From positions 1-45,310 of the forward strand of contig CAZVUZ010000007.1 in assembly GCA_964630485.1 (NCBI GenBank): a DNA stretch of 45,310 bases, given 5' to 3'. This stretch comes from an uncultured Ignavibacteriales bacterium. Lineage in GTDB: Bacteria > Zixibacteria > MSB-5A5 > GN15 > FEB-12. The notes under the pieces are model-generated. The model searched no databases and had not been told where the DNA came from. It saw nothing but the letters and a program-made list of their open reading frames with translations. Of the stretch, positions 1-8,619 are shown in pieces. A program made the translations under genes and the position numbers. The first letter of the stretch is position 1. Each line of letters opens with the position of its first letter.

Positions 1-218
1 GTCCTACAGCCAGAGATGCCGAGGGGGGGGGTGGGTGAGTCTCTCCACCGACAATCGCTGACTAATTCGCACATGTTTGTGATTGACTCGGCCGGAACAT
101 CTCACTATACGTCTGTTAAGGCACATGATTAGACCCGTCCCCTGACGAACAGTAGCTTTGACTGAGAGGCGATGGGTTTGCTAGTGGACAGATTCGCTAT
201 AGCAAGCTTGGAAACTCC

Positions 219-247
219 TTGACATTATTCACAATATTGTGAATACT
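219..247 (+). promoter_or_regulatory. sigma70 promoter of the toxin-antitoxin operon with an overlapping palindromic operator
   Basis: TTGACA at 219-224, 17-nt spacer, AATACT at 242-247; perfect 20-bp palindrome TATTCACAATATTGTGAATA at 226-245; toxin ATG at 261. Confidence 0.75.
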
Positions 248-260
248 AAGGACAAGACAA

Positions 261-635
261 ATGTCCCGAATCGAGGTACTTTTATACTGCGAAAGCAATG
301 GTTCATCACCGCTTATCAGATGGTTCGAGAAGCTGCCGCGCAAGGCGAAAGCCAAGTGCCTGGTTAAGATTGAGCGACTTGCCGAACTTGGGCATGAACT
401 GAAACGACCGGATGCCGATTACTTGAATGATAACATTTATGAGCTTAGAGTGCGGCTCAGTTCAGTGAATTATCGAATGCTGTACTTCTTCCACGGAAGA
501 TATGCGGTTGTGGTCTCACACGGATTCACGAAACAGCGGGCAAGAGTCCCGGCCCGGGAGATACAGATAGCAGTTACCAGGAAGCAGGCATTCGAGGCCA
601 ACCCTGAGGCTCATACTTACAAGGAAACAGATTGA
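261..635 (+). CDS. type II toxin, RelE/ParE (HigB/Gp49-like) family
   Basis: 124 aa; motifs LAELGHELKRPDADYL, IYELRV, YRMLYFF, VVSHGFTK typical of Gp49/HigB toxins; lies upstream of an XRE HTH gene. Confidence 0.88.
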   Translation: MSRIEVLLYCESNGSSPLIRWFEKLPRKAKAKCLVKIERLAELGHELKRPDADYLNDNIYELRVRLSSVNYRMLYFFHGRYAVVVSHGFTKQRARVPAREIQIAVTRKQAFEANPEAHTYKETD

Positions 636-637
636 CG

Positions 638-988
638 ATGGCCAAGAAGGTCAAACCAAAAACTGACGCGGTAGAGATTCTGCACGATCGCTATTTCCGC
701 AACAAGCCCGCGATGTTGGCGCTTCTCGAGAAAGAAAGTGCCAACGCCGACATCGCCCGGCAGATATACGATTTGCGTACGAAAGCCGGCCTGAGCCAGA
801 GGCAACTTGCAGAACTTGTAGGCACGCAGGCTTCCGCCATATGCCGGCTCGAAGACGCCGATTATCACGGGCACTCGCTGTTCATGCTCCAGAAAATAGC
901 GCTGGCCCTCAACAAGCGGGTTCAGGTACGCTTCGTGCCATTGAAATCGAAGAAAAGGGCCACCGCCAAACCCAGGGCCAGTGGCTAG
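638..988 (+). CDS. XRE-family HTH antitoxin (HigA-like)
   Basis: 116 aa from ATG 638, 2 nt after the toxin TGA; HTH_3 motif LRTKAGLSQRQLAELVGTQASAICRLEDADY..SL.MLQKIALAL. Confidence 0.88.
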   Translation: MAKKVKPKTDAVEILHDRYFRNKPAMLALLEKESANADIARQIYDLRTKAGLSQRQLAELVGTQASAICRLEDADYHGHSLFMLQKIALALNKRVQVRFVPLKSKKRATAKPRASG

Positions 989-996
989 CCCCCTCC

Positions 997-2817
997 CTAC
1001 CCCTTCTTCAACCGCTCGGCTAATTCGGGGGTGATGCCGCGAAGGGCTGTAAGCTCTTCGATAGAGGCCTCGCGGATGCGTTTCACGGAACCGAAGGTAG
1101 AAAGCAATAGCTCGCGTTTCTTAGGGCCTATCCCAGGAATATCATCAAGCTCAGACCGAATCGTCCGCTTCGAACGGACCTTCCGCCCATAAGTAATCGC
1201 AAAACGATGCGCCTCGTCACGCAATTGCTTCAGCAACATCAGCGCCGGTGACGAACGCGGAATCGTAATCGAATCCGAAACACCCGGCACATAGACTTCT
1301 TCAAGACGCTTCGCCAGCGATATCAAAGGCTGATCCGAAAACCCGAGATAGGTCAGCTCCGCCAGCGCCGACGACAACTGCCCCTTCCCCCCGTCAACCA
1401 CCACCAGATCCGGCGGTTCGGCGCCCTCCTCATTGATGCGGAAGAAGTACCGCCCGATAACCTCCCGCATCATCTTGAAATCGTCCTGCCCCTTCGTCCC
1501 CTTGATCTTGAAATGCCGATACCCCGTCTTCTTCGGTTTGGCATTCTCGAAATAGACGCATGACCCGACGGCGTCCATCTCCCCCGTGTTCGAAATATCG
1601 AAACAGACCACCCGCCGAGGCGAGCGCGAAAGGTGCAACGCGTCCTTCAGCGCCGTGACCATCTTGCTCGTGCGCTCGGCCTGGCCGCGTTTCTGGATCA
1701 GCAATTCGTCGAGAAGTAGCCGAGCGTTGGCGGCCGCGAGATCCACCAGCCGCACTTTCTCGCCGATTTTGGGCGTATGCACTTTGATTGCCGAACCGCG
1801 AATCTTCTTGAGCCACTCGCGCAGGAGCTTGAGATCCTCCAATTCCATTGGGAGGAAAACTTCATCCGGTAGATTGGGTTGGTGGTTGTAATATTGAGTG
1901 ACGAATGTCTCCAGCACATTTTCGTCCTTCTCCTCGACATCGGCCGACAACTGGAAATCCTGCCGCCCGATAAGTACCCCCTCGCGCACTTGCATCACCA
2001 CCGCCACGGCATCGCGGCCCTCGCGGGCAATCGATATGATATCGCGGTCGACCACCTCGCCGACATCGACATGCTGTTTGACCATGGTGCCCTTGATGGC
2101 CTCGATCTGGTCGCGGCGCTCGGCGGCCTCCTCGAAATCGAGGGCCTTGGATGCCGCCTGCATCTTGCGCTCCAGGCGTTCAATCAGGCTTCGGGATTTG
2201 CCGGCAAGGACCATCAACACGGCATCAACGCCCTCGCTGTATTCCTCCTGCGTCTGCAAATCCTCACAGGGGCCGGCGCAACGCTTAATATGATAGTCGA
2301 GGCAGACCTTCTGTTTTTTGCCGGTCGGGTGCGGGATGGTCAGGTTGCACGAGCGAATCTTGAAAAGCCGTGTCAACAGCGCCGCCGTTTTGCGCATGCC
2401 TTTGGCTCGCGTGAAGGGTCCGAAATAGGTCGCGCCGTCTTTTTCGAGCCGCCGCACTATCAGCACGCGTGGAAAGGGCTCGTTGGTGGTCACTTTGATA
2501 TAGGGAAAGTGCTTGTCGTCTTTGAGATCGACGTTGTAGCGAGGCTTGTGTTCGCGGATGAGGTTGGCCTCGAGGATCAGGGCCTCGACCTCGCTGGCGG
2601 TCACCATCAACTCGACATCGGCCACCTGCGACACCAGCCGGGCCGTCTTGGGATCGTGATTGCGCGAGGCGTGAAAATAGCTCCGTACCCGGTTGCGCAG
2701 GATTTTGGCCTTGCCGATGTAAATGATCTTACCGTCGGCGTTTTTGTAAATGTAGACACCGGGAGACTTAGGCAGATTCTTGAGCTTTAGCTCCAGCTCG
2801 GGGGCGGGCTTCTTCAT
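997..2817 (-). CDS. uvrC: excinuclease ABC subunit C
   Basis: 606 aa; GIY-YIG (GVYIY..IYIGKAK.LRNRV.SYF), Cys-rich motif, UVR domain, RNaseH-like FDIS/DDF/VDGGKGQL, C-terminal HhH (IPGIGPK). Confidence 0.97.
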   Translation of the reverse strand: MKKPAPELELKLKNLPKSPGVYIYKNADGKIIYIGKAKILRNRVRSYFHASRNHDPKTARLVSQVADVELMVTASEVEALILEANLIREHKPRYNVDLKDDKHFPYIKVTTNEPFPRVLIVRRLEKDGATYFGPFTRAKGMRKTAALLTRLFKIRSCNLTIPHPTGKKQKVCLDYHIKRCAGPCEDLQTQEEYSEGVDAVLMVLAGKSRSLIERLERKMQAASKALDFEEAAERRDQIEAIKGTMVKQHVDVGEVVDRDIISIAREGRDAVAVVMQVREGVLIGRQDFQLSADVEEKDENVLETFVTQYYNHQPNLPDEVFLPMELEDLKLLREWLKKIRGSAIKVHTPKIGEKVRLVDLAAANARLLLDELLIQKRGQAERTSKMVTALKDALHLSRSPRRVVCFDISNTGEMDAVGSCVYFENAKPKKTGYRHFKIKGTKGQDDFKMMREVIGRYFFRINEEGAEPPDLVVVDGGKGQLSSALAELTYLGFSDQPLISLAKRLEEVYVPGVSDSITIPRSSPALMLLKQLRDEAHRFAITYGRKVRSKRTIRSELDDIPGIGPKKRELLLSTFGSVKRIREASIEELTALRGITPELAERLKKG

Positions 2818-2827
2818 AGCGAGAAAG

Positions 2828-3337
2828 TCAGTTTTGTTCGAGAATACGCCGGGTGCTGACGAAGCGTTTGGCCCAGTATTTCTCGTTGAGATTGTCGATC
2901 GTCACCCCGCGCGATGTGGCCGCATGAATAAACTGATTGGCGCCGATATAAATCCCCACATGCGACACCGTGCTGGCGTTCGTGCGGAAAAACACCAGGT
3001 CGCCGTAACTCATGTGCCCACGGGTGACCTCGTGCCCGGTTCGGTATTGCTCGGACACGGTTCGCGGCAGGCGGGTGCCATCGTACTCCTTGAATACGCG
3101 CTGGGTAAACGACGAGCAATCGACCCCCGGTTCATACTTGGACTTACCGGCATACGGTTTACCAAGGTACTTCTGCATGATATTGCCCAGCCGGATATTG
3201 TCATTGGTAGTTTTTCCGGTCGGTTTGCGACTTGGCTGAGCCGTCTTTTCATAGCCACCCGACCTGTACCTCGGCGCCGGTGTGCAGCCGACAACGAGCA
3301 TTAGTATCAGCAGGATGGATACAATTCTAAAATTCAT
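2828..3337 (-). CDS. NlpC/P60 (C40) cell-wall peptidase lipoprotein
   Basis: 169 aa from ATG 3337 (ATGA overlap with upstream stop); lipobox LVVG-C; catalytic motifs VDCSSF, SHVGIY, FIHAA. Confidence 0.9.
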   Translation of the reverse strand: MNFRIVSILLILMLVVGCTPAPRYRSGGYEKTAQPSRKPTGKTTNDNIRLGNIMQKYLGKPYAGKSKYEPGVDCSSFTQRVFKEYDGTRLPRTVSEQYRTGHEVTRGHMSYGDLVFFRTNASTVSHVGIYIGANQFIHAATSRGVTIDNLNEKYWAKRFVSTRRILEQN

Positions 3338-4251
3338 CAGGCCAGCCTTGGATATATTATTCCGAACCGTTTGAAATAGTATACCCGGCAGGCGAAAATC
3401 AAAGCAACAATAAACAACAGGTAAAAGGGATAGAAATATCCGGCAAGAATGGTGAGCAGAAGTATCGGCAGTTTGGCGGCAAGGAGATCGAGGCGGCCGT
3501 TTCTCAGCAACATAGCCACCACTATCCACCAGGCGGAGAAGATTGAAATGTAGGTTGGCAAAGCAAAGCCCGACCGCCAGGCGACTATTGCCGAGGCAGC
3601 CATGAGAAGCAGAGCCGCCAACCGGCTCAGGTTCGGACCGAAAGCCACAGCCAGCGTGCGTTTTCCGGTAAGGCGGTCGCCCTCGCGATCCGGGAGCGTC
3701 GTCATGATATGCACCGAGCCCACGGCCAGAAGAAAATAAAACGGGAGGTCCCAGCCAAGCAAACCGGCATTATGCACATTCAGATCGGGCATGATCGTGA
3801 GGCTAATCAGGAAGCCAAAGCAATACGAATTGGCCAGCAAGCCGCCGAGCGGGCGATCTTTGAGCCGCAGGGGCGGCATCGAGTAAACGAATGCAAACAG
3901 CAATAACTGGACAAAAATCCAGAAAATCGGTTTGGAGTAAACATAGGCCAAAGGCAAAGGAGTTATGAGACAGACAAACGCCATCAGCCACATCTGGTTC
4001 GGTGTAATCATTCGCCCCTGCAAAAAGCCGAGCTTCTGATTGATGCGGTCCGACTCGCAATCATAGATCTGGTTGATGTAGTAGGCCCCGGCGGCCAACA
4101 GGCTCACCCCCACCGGCGCCGCAAGATGCCACCAGTGAAAGGCTCTGCCCGACAACTGCAGATGATAATGAAGGGCAACCAAATACACCGACCAGATCGG
4201 CAGGTGCAACAGCGGCCGCGCGGCAAAAAACAGATCAACGATCTTGCTCAT
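3337..4251 (-). CDS. UbiA-superfamily membrane prenyltransferase
   Basis: 304 aa from ATG 4251 (ATGA overlap with cdsA stop); Asp-rich motifs NQIYDCESDRIN and LPDREGD; YSMPPLRLK; many TM segments. Confidence 0.88.
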   Translation of the reverse strand: MSKIVDLFFAARPLLHLPIWSVYLVALHYHLQLSGRAFHWWHLAAPVGVSLLAAGAYYINQIYDCESDRINQKLGFLQGRMITPNQMWLMAFVCLITPLPLAYVYSKPIFWIFVQLLLFAFVYSMPPLRLKDRPLGGLLANSYCFGFLISLTIMPDLNVHNAGLLGWDLPFYFLLAVGSVHIMTTLPDREGDRLTGKRTLAVAFGPNLSRLAALLLMAASAIVAWRSGFALPTYISIFSAWWIVVAMLLRNGRLDLLAAKLPILLLTILAGYFYPFYLLFIVALIFACRVYYFKRFGIIYPRLA

Positions 4252-5105
4252 CCGACCAATTGCAAATATACGTACATGAAGGGCGCCCCGAACAACAGCG
4301 AATCGAAGCGGTCGAGGACACCGCCGTGGCCGGGTATGATCGCCGACGAATCCTTGATCCCTATCGAGCGCTTCCACATCGACTCCACCAGGTCACCGAT
4401 CTGTCCGAAAACGGAGCACCCGGCGGCGATAATGACCACGTGCAGAAGGCCGAGATTTTCGAATTTCCAGAAGTACATGATGACACCGATAACGAGCGAC
4501 CCGATGATACCGCCGATGAAGCCCTCGACGGTCTTATTGGGCGACACCGTCGGCGCCAATTTGTGCTTGCCCATGGCCTTCCCCACGAACATGGCGGCCG
4601 TATCGCCGACCCAGAGCAGTCCGAACAGAAAAAGCAGGCTGTCGCCACCGTTTAACCCGGCCACACCATCGCCGACCTTGAACACCAGGGGATACAGGAA
4701 GCTCAGGTAAATCACTCCCCAGCAGAGGCGGCTGTGCCGGCGGAAAAGCTCATTCGGGGGGACTTTTCCGACAGCAAAGGCCATGGCCGTCAGGATGAAG
4801 AATACCGCCAGCGGCATGGCCTGAAGGGGCCAGTCCCAGCCGGCGATGGCCCATGACGAGGGTTGCATGCCCAGCAACGGCATATCGGCGACAAACCAGA
4901 ATGTCGCCAGATAGCAGGCAATCGCTGTCCAGAACATCCCGCCGCCGAGACTGAATTTCTCGTTCAGTGTGAATTCGATCATACCAATGAGTCCGAAGAC
5001 CAGAAGCATGCCAAAAAGCCATCCGCCACCCAGGTAACAGATCCAGAGAATGACGGGGATGGCCACGGCCGCAACAGCCAGGCGGGCGATAAGGTTCTTG
5101 CTCAT
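4248..5105 (-). CDS. cdsA: phosphatidate cytidylyltransferase
   Basis: 285 aa; WVGDTAAMFVG, SPNKTVEG, GDLVESMWKR..GIKDS..IIPGHGGVLDRFDS signature. Confidence 0.95.
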   Translation of the reverse strand: MSKNLIARLAVAAVAIPVILWICYLGGGWLFGMLLVFGLIGMIEFTLNEKFSLGGGMFWTAIACYLATFWFVADMPLLGMQPSSWAIAGWDWPLQAMPLAVFFILTAMAFAVGKVPPNELFRRHSRLCWGVIYLSFLYPLVFKVGDGVAGLNGGDSLLFLFGLLWVGDTAAMFVGKAMGKHKLAPTVSPNKTVEGFIGGIIGSLVIGVIMYFWKFENLGLLHVVIIAAGCSVFGQIGDLVESMWKRSIGIKDSSAIIPGHGGVLDRFDSLLFGAPFMYVYLQLVG

Positions 5106-5866
5106 TCGGGATCTCTTTCCTTGAGGTTTCCATAGCGCCGCTCACGCTTTTGGAAGTCCGCTATTGCCTCGAACAGTTCACTACGCCCAAAATCCGGCCA
5201 GAGCGTATCGATTATGTGCAGCTCGGTGTAGCTCGTCTGCCAGAGGAGAAAATTAGAAATGCGCCTCTCACCCGAAGTTCTTATCAGCAGGTCAGGGTCG
5301 GGAAGACCGGCCGTGTACAGGAAGCTGGAGAACAGCTCCTCATCGATTTCGGCGTTGTTTATCAATCCGGCCCTGACGGCGCTGGATATGGCTTTGACGG
5401 CGTCTAGGATTTCCGTCCGGCCGCCGTAATTAAGGGCCAGGTTCAGCACCAGTCCCCGGTTGGAGCGCGTTTTCTCGACCGCCCGGCTGAGCGCCTTCTG
5501 CCTCGAGACGGAGAGACCTGAAATGCGTCCCGTAGTTATGAGCTTCACTTCGTTTTTCATCAACTCACTGATCTCGTTGCGAGTCGTCCGCGACAGCAAT
5601 GACATGAGAGCGGCCACCTCGGACTTGGGCCGTTTCCAATTTTCGACGGAGAACGTATACAGGGTCAGGTACTTGATGCCGATTTCTCCGGCGGCCCGCA
5701 CCACCTTCTTCACCGCCTCGACGCCCGCCTCGTGACCGAAGGTACGCGGTTTGTCACGAAGTTTTGCCCAGCGGCCGTTTCCGTCCATGATGATGGCGAC
5801 ATGCGCCGGCACGCTCGTGGAATGAGCGAGAATGTTTTCTTTCAGAATATCCGTTTCATGGGTCAT
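5102..5866 (-). CDS. uppS: undecaprenyl diphosphate synthase (cis-prenyltransferase)
   Basis: 254 aa; HVAIIMDGNGRWA, TFSVENWKRP, LNYGGR.EI, PDLLIRTSGE.RISNFLLWQ. Confidence 0.96.
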   Translation of the reverse strand: MTHETDILKENILAHSTSVPAHVAIIMDGNGRWAKLRDKPRTFGHEAGVEAVKKVVRAAGEIGIKYLTLYTFSVENWKRPKSEVAALMSLLSRTTRNEISELMKNEVKLITTGRISGLSVSRQKALSRAVEKTRSNRGLVLNLALNYGGRTEILDAVKAISSAVRAGLINNAEIDEELFSSFLYTAGLPDPDLLIRTSGERRISNFLLWQTSYTELHIIDTLWPDFGRSELFEAIADFQKRERRYGNLKERDPE

Positions 5867-5873
5867 GGGCCCA

Positions 5874-5903
5874 AAACTACAACCAAAGGGCTATGCTTGG
5901 CAA
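5874..5903 (-). promoter_or_regulatory. putative sigma70 promoter of the uppS operon (probably leaderless)
   Basis: minus strand TTGCCA-N18-TAGTTT, then 7 nt to ATG 5866; no SD. Confidence 0.5.
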
Positions 5904-5947
5904 GCGCTAATGATATGATGAGGTTGTCACGGAGGTGTGCCGGGTGG

Positions 5948-6631
5948 TCAACGGTAGATCTGAATGCTGTCGATATCGACTTCGATGCGGTAGCTCTCGG
6001 TGAAGAAAACAGCTTCGGCCGCCCCCACCACCCACATCGTGTCGGGGAATATATATCCCTGGTACTCGGTAAAACCCATGGAGCGAGTGTACCGGCGGTG
6101 GTCGGGCCGGTTCGGATAGTACAGGAAAATATTATGGAAGAAATAGTATTCGCGATCAATCGTGGCCAATCCGACCGGTCGGTTGTCTATCACCGTGTCG
6201 GTATCGAACCCGATCGCGATTGTCTCGCCGCCGGTATCGTTCGGAAAGAAGTTGTACAGGTAATCTCCTCCGAACACATCAGGGTACGAGAGATCGAGTT
6301 CCTTCACCCTTTTGGAGGTAACAATAGTCGTGTTCTGGGAGTCCAGCGTGCCGAAGGAATAGTAGTATTTGTGTATGGCCGAGTCGAGTTTCTCGACACT
6401 GCCGTTGCCGCGAAGCTTCTTGTAATAGGCCCGCGCGACATAGGAGAAACTCACACCGCGCTGCAGGGGATCTCGGGACTCGCAGGCCTCCTCCGCCTGT
6501 TTGCAGTAATACTCAAGCACCGGATCATCCCGGTAGGCGTCATCGGCCGCGACTACAACCGAGAGAATCGCCGCGAGGATCACCAGCGATACCGATGTCA
6601 GGAAAATGTGCCTGTATATTTGTGTTGACAT
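5948..6631 (-). CDS. secreted hypothetical protein (Tyr/beta-rich)
   Basis: 227 aa from ATG 6631; signal peptide (FLTSVSLVILAAILSVVVA-A); TATTAT 7 nt upstream of the ATG; no family recognised. Confidence 0.7.
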   Translation of the reverse strand: MSTQIYRHIFLTSVSLVILAAILSVVVAADDAYRDDPVLEYYCKQAEEACESRDPLQRGVSFSYVARAYYKKLRGNGSVEKLDSAIHKYYYSFGTLDSQNTTIVTSKRVKELDLSYPDVFGGDYLYNFFPNDTGGETIAIGFDTDTVIDNRPVGLATIDREYYFFHNIFLYYPNRPDHRRYTRSMGFTEYQGYIFPDTMWVVGAAEAVFFTESYRIEVDIDSIQIYR

Positions 6632-6782
6632 AACCGCTATAATATACGTAGTAATAGTAGAGGAACCAATAGGGCTCTCGCTGAATTTCAGAAAAAGTAC
6701 AAAGACGATTTCGACATCCCCCGCGGACATTCGTTGGAGTCGCTACCCAGGTTTACAATCAATCATTTCTGGAGGAATAGTT

Positions 6783-7223
6783 ATGCTCGTAAAGGAAGTA
6801 CTCAAAAGCAAGACCGGCGATCTTCGGACCGTCTCTTCACCGACGCCTGTTGTCGACGCCATGAAGATTCTCATCGAGAACAAGATCGGCTGCCTGCCGG
6901 TAGTGGACAAAACCGGCCAGTTGCAGGGGATAATCAGTGACAAGGACATCTTCCGGTCGGTCTATGACAACCACGACGGTTTCGCCAGTAAGACCGTGGC
7001 CGATCTCATGACCACCGATGTGATAATCGGCGTCCCGGACGACGATATGCATTACATCGCCGGACTGATGACCAAGAATTATATTCGCCACATCCCGATT
7101 ATGGAAGACCGTAAGATGATCGGACTGATATCGTCCGGTGATGTCGTCAAGGCCCAGATGAAGCACATCGAGATTGAGAACCGCTACCTCAAGATGTATA
7201 TTGACGGGACCCACCTGGGCTGA
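6783..7223 (+). CDS. CBS-pair domain protein (copy 1)
   Basis: 146 aa from ATG 6783 with SD GGAGG; motifs IGCLPVVD..G.L.GIISDKDI and IRHIPI....MIGLISSGDVVK. Confidence 0.92.
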   Translation: MLVKEVLKSKTGDLRTVSSPTPVVDAMKILIENKIGCLPVVDKTGQLQGIISDKDIFRSVYDNHDGFASKTVADLMTTDVIIGVPDDDMHYIAGLMTKNYIRHIPIMEDRKMIGLISSGDVVKAQMKHIEIENRYLKMYIDGTHLG

Positions 7224-7467
7224 GATCGCCCGGGGGCAATTCGGATTCCGAGGAGGTATCGAAATCGGGCCTTCGCCTTATCATAGTAAGGAGCGCTTGG
7301 TTTGAGACCCTGATGCCGGCGTCGGGTCACAGGCGGATTTTCTGCGGCCTGCTGCTCCACTGACGTAATACATATGAGGACAGCCGACAGCCAACCGGGA
7401 ATATATATTGCCCGTGGCGACCCGGGCCTTAACACGTTTTGCCCCCCAGTTGAGGAGACTGCACGCG

Positions 7468-7908
7468 ATGCAAGTTAGAGAGTTACTTAAAGACAAGCCT
7501 GCAACTATAATATGCACAACGCCTTCAGCTTCAATAATCGACGCGATGGGGTTGATGATCGAGAACAAGATACGGTCGCTGCCGGTCAACGATGTTTCCG
7601 GCAAATTAACCGGTATTGTAAGTGACTCCGACATTTTCCGGGCAGTTTACCAGAATCTGAAGGACTTCAGGAAGCTGTCGGTCGGCGATGTCATGACCTC
7701 GGACGTCATTGTCGGGCTCGTCGATGACGATGTCGAATACATCATCGCCATCATGACCGAAAACCGAATCCGTCATATTCCTGTTCTCGACGGTCGCGAG
7801 TTGGTCGGCATTGTATCTCAGGGTGATATCGTGAAATCCCAGATGACGGATATTACGGTAGAGAACCGGCACCTGCGGGTGTACATAAATCCCGACTACC
7901 CGGCCTGA
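7468..7908 (+). CDS. CBS-pair domain protein (copy 2)
   Basis: 146 aa from ATG 7468 with SD GAGGAG; motifs IRSLPV..GIVSDSDI and IRHIPV..VGIVSQGDIVK; colinear with copy 1. Confidence 0.92.
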   Translation: MQVRELLKDKPATIICTTPSASIIDAMGLMIENKIRSLPVNDVSGKLTGIVSDSDIFRAVYQNLKDFRKLSVGDVMTSDVIVGLVDDDVEYIIAIMTENRIRHIPVLDGRELVGIVSQGDIVKSQMTDITVENRHLRVYINPDYPA

Positions 7909-7965
7909 GTCCGCCGCATCGGAGAATTCTCAGCGACCGGCCGCTTCTTCGCTCAAAGACAAATG

Positions 7966-8004
7966 AAAAGGCCCGGTCATATCATGGCCGGGCCTCTGTT
8001 TTTC
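7966..8004. terminator. probable bidirectional intrinsic terminator between convergent CBS2 and frr
   Basis: AAAAGGCCCGGTCAT...ATGGCCGGGCCTCTGTTTTT: GC-rich stem with A-run and T-run flanks. Confidence 0.7.
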
Positions 8005-8026
8005 GAAATCGTTACTGTGCGACTAG

Positions 8027-8584
8027 CTATACTTCCATGACATCGACTTCTTTTTTCTCAAGGGCCCTGTCGATTTGCTCGGTGTGCTCATTGGTCATGG
8101 TCTGGATCTTGTCGTAGGCGCCCTTTTCCTCATCCTCGGATATTTCCTTGTCCTTCTGAGCCTTTTTCACCTGGTCGTTGGCATCGCGACGAATATTCCG
8201 GATAGCCACCCGGCCGTCCTCGGAAATGTTCTTGCAGCGTTTCACCAGTTCCAGGCGGCGCTCTTCATTGAGGGCGGGAATCGGCAGGCGCAGGATCTGG
8301 CCTTCAACCACGGGATTGAGGCCGAGATCGGCTTTCTGGATTCCCTTTACGATTTCTGCCACCGTAGACTTGTCGAAGGCCTGAACCACCAGTAGTCGCG
8401 GTTCCGGCGCGGCAATGGTGGCAACCTGGTTGAGCGGCATCATAGTTCCGTAGGCCTCAACCTTTACGGTGTCAAGCAGGTGGACCGTCGCCTTCCCGGT
8501 TCGAATGGATGACAATTCCCGCGCCACGGCATCGACGCTCTTTTGCATCCGCTCGCGCGTTTCCTCGTAGATAGTCTCCAACAT
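8027..8584 (-). CDS. frr: ribosome recycling factor
   Basis: IRTGKA, VEAYG, PLNQVA, LNEERR, RVAIRNIRRDAN; start at 8584 (GGGAG SD) or 8593. Confidence 0.96.
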   Translation of the reverse strand: MLETIYEETRERMQKSVDAVARELSSIRTGKATVHLLDTVKVEAYGTMMPLNQVATIAAPEPRLLVVQAFDKSTVAEIVKGIQKADLGLNPVVEGQILRLPIPALNEERRLELVKRCKNISEDGRVAIRNIRRDANDQVKKAQKDKEISEDEEKGAYDKIQTMTNEHTEQIDRALEKKEVDVMEV

Positions 8585-8619
8585 AACGCCCATCTCCCGA
8601 CTTTAGTGCGTGATTTTCC

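Noticed and set aside
6655..6782. GAGGAACCAATAGGG upstream of CBS1 and CCGACAGCCAACC upstream of CBS2 resemble pieces of the c-di-AMP (ydaO) riboswitch
   Set aside because: The two fragments lie in different spacers, and the required GGGGYGAATC and GTAGGG elements are missing from both.
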